DNA of 64,000 bases from Podarcis gaigeae (taxonomy: Eukaryota). The DNA lies in assembly GCA_964106915.2 (NCBI GenBank), contig OZ066920.1. The stretch is one strand, 5' to 3'. Numbering within the stretch: position 1 is the stretch's first letter; every line of letters begins with the position of its first letter. The notes under the pieces were generated by a model. It ran no database searches, had not been told where the DNA came from, and saw nothing but the letters and a program-made list of their open reading frames with translations. Shown in pieces: positions 26,821 to 38,110 of the stretch. The position numbers and the translations under genes were made by a program.

Positions 26821-29800
26821 GCTGCTGTGTTGTTGTTGTTGTTGTTGTTGTTTAGTCGTTTAGTCGTGTCCGACTCTTCGTGACCCCATGGACCAGAGCA
26901 CGCCAGGCACTCCTGTCTTCCACTGCCTCCCGTAGTTTGGTCAAACTCATGCTGGTAACCTCAAAAACACTATCCAACCATCTCGTCCTCTGTCGTCCCC
27001 TTCTCCTTGTGCCCTCCATCTTTCCCAACATCAGGGTCTTTTCCAGGGACTCTTCTCTTCTCATGAGGTGGCCAAAGTATTGGAGCCTCAGCTTCACGAT
27101 CTGTCCTTCCAGTGAGCACTCAGGGCTGATTTCCTTCAGAATGGATACGTTTGATCTTCTTGCAGTCCACGGGACTCTCAAGAGTCTCCTCCAGCACCAT
27201 AATTCAAAAGCATCAATTCTTCGGCAATCAGCCTTCTTTGTGGTCCAGCTCTTACTTCCATACATCACTACTGGGCACATTAAACCAAGGGTGCTTCTGA
27301 ACACATGCAGAGTGCACCTTTTCTGTCACCACAGAATCATGCCAGGGCTCACACATCTATGGTTCGGTGTCAAGAGTTTGCAGAGCAGAAAGTGGTGTGT
27401 AGACGGGCACCTCAGGCTTCTTGAATTTTAAACGCCACACAGGGATCATGAACAAAAAGTCCCAGGAATTTAAGCCAACCTATATGAACTTGAACCTGGC
27501 ACCTGCCACTTTAGGAATTCTTGTTTGGCTTTTTCCTAGACACAGGTGATTAGTTAATATGACCCATATATGCCTATTAAGATCTAATTTGTTTTTTAAA
27601 ATCAGCCTCTTGTTTTGTCAGAGGAAGCAGTTACTCCTGTAGACATTAGTGGCTAAGCAGCAACCCCCAGTCATTTTCTAAGGCAACAAATGAAACTTTT
27701 GAGAATCATTCATTCTCTCAGTATACACAAATTACTGCAAACTAGAAAGAATGTAATAGTTGTAATAATACACATCTGTGCTGCAGACATGGGAACTGTA
27801 GTAGCCTTAGAGTTGGAAGAGCTTTATCACCTGCTAACCATTTTGATAATGCACAGCAAAAGGCGACTCATGAGTTTTTGTGTAAGCTTGAGTGGATTAA
27901 AAAAATCTCTGTGATTTTATTTAAATCTGAGGTGAGAAAATTGTGGTTCCCTGCTCTCCTCATCTCTGATAGTTGGTTGCGCTGGCTGGAGCTGATGCAG
28001 CTGGAATCCACCACTGGCTGGAGGACCAGAGGTCCCCCATCCTTGATTATATCGTATTCCAAGGGAGGCTTGAACTTCTGGCTCCTTTTCCATGTTGTCA
28101 GTAGGAGCTCTGTCTATGGATTCCCACCTGTCTGTTGAGAGTTCTCTTCCTGGGTTTTAAGCAGTTGTGGGTCTCCTAGCACAGCAGTGGAGTGTATCTT
28201 TTGTGCTTGTCTCTGGAGCACAGTATTTTAAAGCTCTGAAATGCTAACCTGTTCAGTGTGCACATAGAAAAACACAATTGCTTCGTTGGATGAGATGATG
28301 AATCTCCGTCTTGTTTAGCTTTCTCTTTCCAGCAGTGGCCAAGATTGGTCAGAAGTGGAGCATGGAAGTGATGGCTGTCCTTTAATGTGTCCCAGAATAG
28401 GTACACCTGTTGCTAGCTTAATTTATAATATAATCACCATATTCTTTTGGTAATAGATTCACTAAGTTATGTATTGGGTGAGGAATTATCTTTGCCTGTC
28501 CTGACCCTATTGTTGATTTTTGTTGGATGGTCCTAATTTGAGAGAGGGGCTCCTTTCTCTTTTTCTCCATGCAGTTCCTAACTTTTAAAACTTCTAATGT
28601 GGTCACTGGTTTCTAAAGGACACAACCTAAATCTCCTCGGGTTTTCTCTCACAGGGAAGATGCTCCAACCCCAAGTATGCATAGTGTACTTCTAAGTATA
28701 CATGGTTAGGATTAATTCCTCAGGTCCAAGAATACTGAAACAAAATACTTGATTTTACGATGCGGATCTGTTTCTGGCAGAATATTATTCATATGCAGAT
28801 TTTACACATGAAAGCTCTTATGATTTCTTAAGCTGTCTGACACACTTAAAATATACATCTGTGTAAAAAACTGCATCAAGGCTTAAGTTGCACTTAGTAC
28901 ATTCATAACTTGCCCCTCCTCTAAGGAGTTCTGTCAAGTTCTAGCTTCACAGTGAGCATGTGAACTAGATTAGGCCAGAAACATCTTGTTCTTCAAGGCC
29001 ATACAATGAGCTTAGTAGCCACATGGGGATTTGAATTTGAGCTTCATATATCTAGACCCATTCACTTGAACCACTTCTCTGTTTGAAAGACAGTTGTAGT
29101 CATTTTCAACAAAGCTAATGTGTGAACAATAGTCTTATACACCTCCATAAATGAATGCTTTTAAAAATCAATGGAAAAAAATCCTACTGAACTTCAGTGT
29201 AATATTATATTGAATATATATTTTGCCAATGTGTGTCAGTTCTACAGAAAGTAAGGACAAGAGAGAGTGTTTAAATTAACAACTAGGTTCTTTCTGTTCT
29301 GTGAATGGGGGTAAACTTGAAATTGGTAGCAGGCTTCAGCCCCCCCCCCAGTTGCTGTCATGAGTAGTCTACTTACACTGACAGTGTAAGTACCAGATTT
29401 CAAGGCTCTGCTTTTACAAAAAGAGAAATTGATAAGTCAAAATACCAATAACACGTGGCAGAAGTTTGCCTAATCACCTTGAAACATCAGATAAGTTTGT
29501 AAAGAGAATTTTGCATTTTGCTTGGCCAACAGACCAAAACAAACTGAGGCAAAACATCTTGCATTCTGCTGGACCAACATACTCTTCTGGGTTGCCTTGC
29601 CTTGCGTTATTTTGGAATAAAGCAGAGGAGAGTTATGCATACAAAACCAGATTGAGGTTCATTAGTGTTTGCCAAGGGGTATAGGCTGCAGTTAACAGCG
29701 TAACGTGAGAAAAGCTTTAAGCCTTCAGCACTTTTTCTCCCAGCAGAATCAGACACCTTAAAGAGAAAGTTAATGCGATTCAAGGGGTGCTGTGTGACTT

Positions 29801-29933
29801 TTAAACACCCTTTCAAGAAAATGCTTTTCTTGAAACTGGGGGCTGGAACAGAAATAGCAATAGGATTTTTGTTGTTTGCATGTTTGCATATTTTCGCCTT
29901 TCTGTCTAACATTGAATACCGCTTTAATTTCAG
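26784..29933 (+). other. MSC: MSC intron (3150 nt, GT-AG)
   Basis: GTAAGA donor and TTTCAG acceptor flank the two in-frame exons. Confidence 0.95.
26826..27275 (-). mobile_element. RTE/BovB LINE 3' fragment in the MSC intron
   Basis: Open minus-strand ORF YGSKSWTTKKADCRRIDAFELWCWRRLLRVPWTARRSN...GRQRTRWLD...WRALVHGVTKSRTRLND, typical of the BovB C-terminus, with a (CAA)n tail. Confidence 0.93.
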
Positions 29934-30020
29934 ACCTGGCCATTTGTGGTTTCAGGAAGACCAGAAAGTGATACCAAAGAGGTTTCAACAACCAACAGAT
30001 TATGTGGAACTACAGTTTAG
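29934..30020 (+). CDS. MSC: Musculin coding exon 2 ([28 protein letters not shown])
   Basis: Acceptor ttaatttcAG|ACC at 29933/29934, branch-like CTAAC at 29906-29910; phase 0 join gives the family C-terminal motif [19 protein letters not shown]; TAG at 30018-30020; total 206 aa. Confidence 0.96.
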   Translation, partial: TWPFVVSGRPESDTKEVSTTNRLCGTTV

Positions 30021-30868
30021 TTAAAGTAAGCAATACTCTTGCTGGATATGCTTCCAAACCATCCTGACTTGTATGGACCAAAACAAACTGATGCAAAGAA
30101 ATCAAGTCTGCTCAGTGTTTAAGCCCTCTCCTTGTTCATTTCGAAGGGAAAATGCACTTAAAAATATAATGAAGAAGGAAAGAGGGAATTTGTTGAATTT
30201 TCTGCTTCAGCTAAACTGGCGGGTTTGGAAAAGCATTTTTCTGCATCATTACCTGAAGAAACTGTTCCAAAGCCTTTTTGACTAACTGAAGATATACAGG
30301 AGGACAACTCCACTAGCATTAACAGCATGGACCAAAAATATAGATTGTACAAGCTAATCCCAAACAGTGTTATTTGTATGCCAAAAGGAAAGTGGTATTC
30401 TAGACTAGTGTGCAAAACTCAAAATTTATAATATATTTGATCTTATGTTCTTGGCAGCTATGCAATAGTAAGACTACTTCTATCATTTTAGCCATGTTAA
30501 GAAACAAAAAACCCTAAGATGAAAAGGTAGCAAGAATCCAGCTGCTCCTTTACAGCCTACTCCACAAATGCAGTTAATCAAGTGAATTTAAGCCGAACCA
30601 TATCTATTCTCAATGAAGTTGTTGGGGCTAAATTTTCTTCTATGCAAGTATGAGGTCTTAAGTAGATCATGGATCAAAGTCGTTGGTAAATTCTTGTTGG
30701 ATGAGGGCTAGTGATCATATTTTTGTGCGGATTACTTTCAGTGGGATGCATTCAGCAAAGATGCGTGAAGTTCCCTTAACCTGAAACAGGAAGCCTGTTC
30801 ACTTCAGACTGGGGAAGAAGTGCTATGCAAGAAGGTGGTACTTTTATTATGGTTTAGGAGATTTGGAA

Positions 30869-31211
30869 GGGACGCGGGTGGAGCCTAGGGCTTGCCGATC
30901 AGAAGGTCGACGGTTCAAATCCCTGCGACGGGGTGAGCTCCCGTTGCTCGGTCCCTGTTCCTGCTAACCTAGCAATTTGAAAGCACGTCAAAGTGCAAGT
31001 AGATAAATAGGTACCGCTCCAGTGGGAAGGGAAACGGCATTTCCTTGCACTGCTCTGGCTCGCCAGAAGCGGCTTAGTCATGCTGGCCACATGACCTGGA
31101 AGCTGTCTGCAGACAAATGCCGGCTTCCTCGGCCTATAGAGCGAGATGAGCGTGCAACCCCAGAGTCGTCTGTGACTGGACCTAATGGTCAGGGGTACCT
31201 TAACCTTTACC
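30869..31211 (+). mobile_element. Sauria SINE with 14-bp TSD, A-box region deleted
   Basis: TSD taggagatttggaa (30855-30868) / tagaagatttggaa (31212-31225); head reads gggacgcgggtg^gagcctagg. Confidence 0.93.
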
Positions 31212-31351
31212 TAGAAGATTTGGAACTTCCAAACCTGCTGTGTTTCCCCCACTTCTCTCAAGCTTCAGGTATCAATCTTTCTGGAGTTCCTTTTGCGAAT
31301 GATGTAGTAACCAGTATTTCAAATGTAAATAACTCTATTTTTATACATGAT

Positions 31352-31357
31352 ATTAAA
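31352..31357 (+). terminator. Candidate MSC polyadenylation signal ATTAAA
   Basis: First AWTAAA I found after the stop codon; preceded by TGTAAATA (31324) and a U-rich tract; next canonical AATAAA at 32284. Confidence 0.45.
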
Positions 31358-33689
31358 AGCTTTGTTGCAAAGATACTATGAATTCTTAGTCATGGTTTGA
31401 GGGGGGAACCCCAATTGCTGAAAAATCCAGAAATATTCATAGAATTGGACTTAATGGCTGCAATCTGCAATGGAGCAAACTGATTAACAGAGTGTGTCAG
31501 AGCATTCATTGACCTTGCCTGGAATGGGAAGTTGTGTTTGTGCGCATGTACATGAAAAGGAGAGGGGTGTCACTTCATTGTGACAAGAAAGTTGGAAGTA
31601 TTGTTGAAAATTCTGGTAAGTAATTTTTCTTGGAGGTGGAGAAACATTGAAGTGGAAATAATTGATCTTTGCCACTGTGGACATCAGTGATGTCCTCTTT
31701 TGCAGTTACAGTATTCATTTGCATTGGGAAAGATTCCTGAGCTTCCCCAGTTGGAAACAACTTATTCCTCTTCCAGATCATAGATCCTGAAATGCTTTGT
31801 TTTCAAAGCATTTCTTGTGGCTTGCCTCACAGTAATAATTGGAACTGGTGATTACAGTGACATTCTGAAGATGCTTTATCCCTATAGCTCAGTTGCTGGA
31901 CAGCAAAAATGACTGTTTCCCCCAATAACATTGGTGAAAAAAAACAGAGGTCTCTGGTTCAACTCATTGAACTTCATTTCACCTCCAGATAGCATTCTTT
32001 ATGGACAATTGTTTTTACAACACGTTGATCTGGTATTCACTAAACAAGAGAAGGCTGAAATCAATTAATTGTATAGTAGAAATTATAATCCATTGCATAG
32101 ATTTACCTTCGAGTTTAGGTTATGTGATAAAAGAACATGAAATGGTGACTTCTGCTGTACTTGGAGAATTTCTGTTGAAGAAAGGTGAGCAATACAACAT
32201 TTCCTTATTCACATAACTCTTGTCTACTTTTCCCTTCTGCAGAGAAAAATCAAATCGCTAAATCAAATGCTTTCATTTAACATAATAAACATTGGGCTCA
32301 TTTTTATTTGCAGCCACAGTGAACGAGAGAGAGAGAGGAGGAGGAGGAGGTTCAACTATTTCTATTAGGTGCTGTGTGAAAAGCTTATTTCTTGGCCTGG
32401 GCTATTCTCTGGAACTGAGCCCAGCTGCAATTGGGCAACAACTCTTAGAGATTGGAGAAACAAGAGAAAGAATAAAACAGTTTAAATAACTTATACTGGA
32501 ATGAATGTGAAGCAGTTAAATAGGGATGTGAGATGGGGACACATTATGGTTTGGTTCTTAACTAGGCTTCATCGAATGGAAAGTCTCCTCCTGTTCATGA
32601 ATGCAACTGAGATCATCAGCTGGCAGAAGCAGCACGACAATTCCCCCTCATTTTCCTTGAGCTGTCTTTCAGGTGTTTTTTGTTTTTACTAGCGTTCTTT
32701 CTCCCTTCCAGTAGCAGGAATTTCCCAGGAGTTGAACTCCGCTCAGAGACTACTTTGGCCACTAGGACCAAACTGAGGGCCCTTGCCATTTTTTTGCATG
32801 AAATAGCATGGTTCTATATTTTTCATTTTTTGCAAAAACAACAACAACTATACTGCAAACATTAAGAGCAATGAAAAACATAAAAACAACAATAAAATTG
32901 CATTCATACAAAGTACAATACACATGACAAATCAAAACATTGTATGGACAGCTAGATCACCTCTTTGGGAATGTCTGTGTGAACAGATGAGTTTTAAGCA
33001 GGTGTCTAAATAACAGGACTGCAGGTGCTTGCCTGATGCTCATTGGACGTGCATCCCAAAGGGAGATTACTGCCACATAAAGGCCCTGGTCTTAGTGGAC
33101 ATAACATGAACCTTGGATTGTTCATCCATATGGATGTTGCTTGTTCTTGTTTAAATGGTTCTTGGGGGGGTGGGGTGCATTATTGAATTTTCTGCTTTAT
33201 ATCATTTGCCATACTGGCTGAGGCTGACAGGAATTATGGCCCAAGACTTTTGGAAGACACCAGGTTGGGAAAGGCTGCTGTATGAAATCCTGCCTTGAAA
33301 CACACACACACACAAGCTTGCAGCTTGCTTTGCAGGGCAGATGGCTATGTAAAGATAATGGATCTGTGATTAACTGGAATGAATATGCCCATTCATTACC
33401 ACAACACACCTGTGATTTCTCCTAGTGGGTAATTTGGGAATAACATGCCCTGTGTATGACCGAAGGAACAGCTTCAGGTAAAATGCATAAAAGTCTTACA
33501 TCACCTTGTATGTCACTGTAAAACAGCCCAATTCTTAGCTTCTGCAATAATCTTATGAACACAGCAGTAGATGATCTTGCACATGGCCCTGTTTCAAACA
33601 TGGTTGAGTTTCTCCTAGACAGTGTAGTCCTATGCATATTTTACACAAATATAAGTTCCAGTGTGTCTGTGGTGCTATATTGGACTTAA

Positions 33690-33825
33690 GTTTGGAATTT
33701 GAAAATCTTAATCTCAGGGTCATGGGTTCGAGACAAACATTGGCCAAAAATATTCCTGTATTGCAGGGGGTTGGACTAGATGACCCTCGTGGTCCCTTCC
33801 AACTCTACAGTTGTATGATTCTATA
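33690..33825 (+). mobile_element. tRNA-headed, CR1-tailed SINE (Squam2-like); second copy ~60905-61015
   Basis: tcttaatctcagggtcatgggttcgag head; ggggttggactagatgacc..tcccttccaactcta..tatgattcta CR1-type tail. Confidence 0.65.
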
Positions 33826-34753
33826 CTCTAAACTAGTGATGGATGAATTTGTAACTTGCTCACCAGCTTACAAGTCAAACGGTATAAACTGAGACAAAAG
33901 TTCTCTTGTTGGAAGAAGCTCAAACGATCTTCAATTGTTTGCACATGCATGTTGCCAAAGTGCATTTTGGGAATGTAGTGTGTTATGTGTTCTTTTCCAC
34001 CTTCATGCATCATAACATCATGCCTGATGAAGCATCCTCTGTTTCCACGTTGTTTGTTTACAACTGCAGATTGGTGCAGAGTAGAAGAAGATCAAGTTGT
34101 GTTAGTGACAAAAATGCCCGTAACTAAAGAGTTGTGGTAAAATTGTTCTGCACGTACATGGCAAATGGGACTTTTCATTTCCTTCAGAATGTGTAAAAGG
34201 TTGCGGAAACAAAACAACTGAGCAGGTACAAAATGGTGGAGTTGGGCTACTTAGTCATGTCAGTCATACAGGATATCAAATGAACTTGTAAGCAACCAGT
34301 TTCAATTATGAAACGATTATAAGTCGTTGGATTGAAATCAGGGTTTTTAATACATTTGTGAATTACGAACGTACTAACATTCATTTACAGACCAACTAAT
34401 TTTGAGATTGAGTGGTGTCATTGCCCTGAAATAATTTATATCTTCAAAAGCATTGCACTTCACTGCATTTGCTCTATTTTTTTCTTACTGGATTAGTATG
34501 TTAGAAATCTTAGTCTTCTTTGTATGATCTTATCCTCTAATTATAGTGAGAAAGGACCAAACTTGTGTTATAAATGAGCATGTTCATAATTCATTTAAAG
34601 TTTACTGGTTCCTACAACTCTGGTGGTGCCTTCTGTTCTGAATATTTTTTTGCTGGTCACCTATGCATAAAGTAAATAAACCTAAAACCAAGGGCATCTT
34701 CTGTTATGGCACACAATTAAAATCCCCACCATTGATGGAATCTGTTGTATTCT

Positions 34754-34773
34754 TGGCGCCACCTTGTGGCCGA
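34754..34773 (-). promoter_or_regulatory. Strong CTCF motif (minus strand TCGGCCACAAGGTGGCGCCA)
   Basis: Close match to the core CCAC(C/T)AG(G/A)(G/T)GGCGC; retains CpGs in CpG-poor surroundings. Confidence 0.7.
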
Positions 34774-35100
34774 AGAAAATTGCTGTGGATGCTGCTGATA
34801 TATTTATTGACTACCCTGCAATAACCACAAGCAACAAATCAGTTGATTTATTTATTTACAACTCACCTTTCCATAAAGTTATATCGAGGTAGCATAAAAC
34901 ATGTAAGAATAAAATTGGCAAAAGTCTTCCATAACCTCTGCTGTGCTGCTCACCCCCTAGTGGTAGGGAGATTCACAGGGCAATGCCTGCAACACGAAAG
35001 GCTCTATCCATGAGGCTGTTATACTATGTGCCAGACTTTCCTGGTTATTATACTATACTACCATGAGGTTGTTATACTAAGTGCCAGACTTTCCTGGTTA

Positions 35101-35635
35101 GAAAGGCCCAAACAGAGATTTCATTTCCTTAGGGTCTTGCAAAAGAACAATGTTATTCAGCAACTGATGATTTCCTTCTATCGGTCCACGATAGAAACTG
35201 TATTACGGTGTGGTATGCTGGTTTGACAGCCATGGACAGAAAGTCCCTGCAGAGGGTGGTGAAGACAGCACACAATATCATGGGCTGTCTCCTGAGTCTG
35301 CTAGATATCATCACAGGAGATGGTTGCCTCAGAAGAGCAAGGAACATTCTCAGGGATGACTCACACCCTGGCCAGCATCTTTTCAATCTCCTGCCCTTGG
35401 GCAGGAGATATAGAAACATCATAAACCGCACCAGCAGGTTAAAGAACAGTTTCTACCTGTGGGCCGTGAGGCTGCTGAATGGAAGACAGCAACATTGCAG
35501 CTGACATTTGGGGTTGGTGGTCGTTCGACAGCACACAGAGTGTAACAAGGACTGAGAGATTGTGGGGGGGGGGTAGTTTAATCTCACTGTAAACAAGTGG
35601 TATGGTGACAATAAAGTATTTCTATTTTCTATTTT
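35101..35635 (+). mobile_element. Rex1/Babar-clade LINE 3' fragment
   Basis: FHFLRVL..LMISFYRSTIETVL / WYAGLTAMDRKSLQRVVKTA..RARNILRDDSHPGQHLFNLLPLGRRYR..RTSRLKNSFY; AATAAA plus (TTCTAT) tail. Confidence 0.85.
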
Positions 35636-35789
35636 AACATTTGAGGGGAAAAGGTACCCCCAGAAAAAAGCACTGGCTGTGTCCCTAGGGAAGGCTAAGC
35701 AAATCTCAAGGACACAGGGAATCACCAGAAGTGCCCTGTCAGATGTGATACATATGGTATGTAAATGTTTAGCTGGTCTTTAAAGTTGT

Positions 35790-36340
35790 TGTTGTTGTTA
35801 TACATACTTTCTTCCCTACCAGGGACTCAAGGTAGCTTACAGATAAAACAAGAGCAGCTAAAAAGAGGAAAAATATATTAAAAACAATTAAACATTAATA
35901 GAATTGAAACTTAAATACCCACACACCTATATATGACCTATTAAAAACATACAGATAATTACAATGAAAGCAACACCGCACCAGTCCTTTCATTCAAAGC
36001 AGTCGGTTCCCGAAAGCCTGTTGGAACAAGGAAGTCTACACCTTTTGGCAGAAAGACATGGAAGGAGCCAGTCCAGCTTCTCTTGGGAGGGAGTTTCCAA
36101 AGTCTGGGAGCAGCCACCTGCATCCCCACCAAGCTTGCCTGTGTGGGTGGCAGCACTGAGGGAAGGGCGTCCCTCAAAGATCTCAGAACCCATGGAAAGT
36201 TCCTATGAGAGAATACAGAATTTCAGATACTTTCGGTACAAGTTGTTTAGGGCTTTGCGAATTAACACAAGGACCTGGAACCTGGCCCGGTAGCAAGTTG
36301 GCAACCTGTGCAGCCCTGTTGGGGTGGAGTAACACATGTC
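35790..36340 (-). mobile_element. L2 LINE 3' fragment; other L2-like relics at ~5430-5655, 32860-33110, 36945-37330, 51215-51360 (all -) and 48955-49615 (+)
   Basis: Minus strand VAAPRLWKLP-type C-terminal motif; gagttccaaagtctgggagcagcc and agggctttg..acaaggacctggaac signatures. Confidence 0.6.
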
Positions 36341-37521
36341 CAGTCATCTGCCCCTGACATCTAGGCCACCGCTGCATCCAGGCACCAGGCCAGGGGGTTG
36401 CACAGCCTCTGTGGAGTTGGGTATTGCCAGCATACTGTTCTACATTTGTACTTCTAGTACATCATCCACAAAGGCACTTTTGATGGTATTTCAGTTTACA
36501 TCCAGTCTATTTGTTCTTCAGTTCTTGCTTTGTGAGACATGTTCCACTGTGACTTAACGTGGTATGAGTTGGATGTTATAAATAATTGATGTGGTTATGA
36601 TAAATAAGGCCATGAACAATGACTTAAACACATTAAAATTGAAAAAAATAATAATGAATGAACTTGTACAGTTTTAGCCCAAATAAAAATAAATACATCA
36701 AAACCTCAAAACACAAGGAGTCCTGTAATCACAGTGACATGTCTCTCATATGAAGCCCAAAGTCTAGCCTCTGTAATTCCAGTTGTAGTTATTTTGACCT
36801 GTTGCATCTTGTTCCGTGCACTGTTGTGCTTTTATTTTGAAGATTTTAATATGTGCACCACCTTTTAAAAAATAAATCTTTAATATGCACATCACCTTTG
36901 GTGAAGAGGCGGTTTTGAATTTTATTTCTTTAATTAACACTATTGATTATTATTTATTAAATGTACATCTCACCCTTTCTCCCAAAGGAGCCAAGGATGG
37001 CAAACAAGGAGTGATAATAAAAACATCTTAAAAACAATTCCAGTACAGATGCAGATGGGGAAAGATCCCAGAAGGTTTGTTAGAAGACGAAAGTTATCAG
37101 GCACTGAGAACACAACAGAGATGACGAATATTCAAGGGGAGGGAATTCCAAAAAGTAGGTGTCACAACACTGAAGGACAGAATCCCTCTTCATACAGAAC
37201 AGACCGTTGGATAAGATGGTATCTGCAGGTCTTCACCTGCAGAGGCGAGACAATCTTTCAGGTGTCCTGGTCGCAAGCTGTCCTGGGCTTTATACACCAA
37301 AAGCAGCACCTTGAACTTGGCCTAATGGCTGATGATAAGTTGCAGAGCAGGTAGAAATACCGACAATGTGACTCACGCCTGCCCTCTAGTGTGTAAAAGT
37401 CATATACCACAGCAGTGTTTAAGAATTGATCTGTGTGACTTAAATTCAGGTTTTCTCTCCCCGCACCCCTGCCATCTAACATCTTAATTGTTTGCCTCAG
37501 TTAATAACACAGTGCTGCACT

Positions 37522-37700
37522 CAGGTAGGTAGCCGTGTTGGTTTGATGCAGTAGAAATATATAATAAAAATAAAATAAATTTGTCCAGTAGCACCTTAGA
37601 GACCAATTAAGTTTGTTCTTGGTACGAGCTTTCGTGTGCATGTCCATGTATCTGAAGAAGTGTGCATGCATACCAAGAACAAACTTAGTAGGTCTCTAAG
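37522..37700. mobile_element. Penelope-like element terminal (inverted pLTR) relic, left part; continues at 38462-38521
   Basis: Inverted arms tccagtagcaccttagagacc..aagtttgttcttggta / taccaagaacaaacttag..ggtctctaag|gtgctattgga; ctgaagaagtgtgcatgc core; TSD acagtgctgcac (37509-37520) / acagtgctgtac (38522-38533). Confidence 0.7.
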
Positions 37701-37807
37701 GACGTGTCCAGGCTTGTTTCCTTCAAAGCACATGAAAATATAATTATAAAATAGCTCTCATTATGATTTCACAATGTTGTGTAGTGGTTAGAGTGTTGGA
37801 CCAGGGC

Positions 37808-38107
37808 CGAATCCCCGTGATGGTGTGAGCTCCCGTCGTTCGGTCCCAGCTCCTGCCCACCTAGCAGTTCGAAAGCACCCCTAAGTGCAAGTAGATAAAT
37901 AGGTACCGCTTTATAGCGGGAAGGTAACCAGCATTTCCGTGTGCTGCGCTGGTGCTGGCTCGCCAGAGCAGCCTCGTCACGCTGGCCACGTGACCCAGAA
38001 GTGTCTCCGGACAGTGCTGGCTCCCGGCCTCTTAAGTGAGATGAGCGCACAACCCTACGGTCAGACACGACTGGCCCGCACGGGCAGGGGTACCTTTACC
38101 TTTACCT
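37808..38107 (+). mobile_element. Sauria SINE, second subfamily, 5'-truncated
   Basis: Begins at B box cgaatcccc; ends gggtacctttacctttacct; matches the 18990-19353 subfamily. Confidence 0.9.
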
Positions 38108-38110
38108 TAA

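Noticed and set aside
25923-26855. 310-aa ORF as the true protein
   Set aside because: It begins at a non-ATG codon, includes promoter/5' UTR sequence and runs into the intron. The conserved start is MSTGS at 26250 and the donor is at 26783/26784.
26085-26863. Antisense and alternative-frame ORFs over exon 1 (244, 124 and 101 aa)
   Set aside because: Expected shadows of a GC-rich, high-GC3 coding exon; low complexity, no recognisable domain.
26880-27431. 183-aa plus-strand ORF
   Set aside because: Antisense frame of the BovB fragment.
26250-30020. TCF21 (capsulin) assignment
   Set aside because: [25 protein letters not shown] and the 206-aa length fit MSC rather than TCF21.
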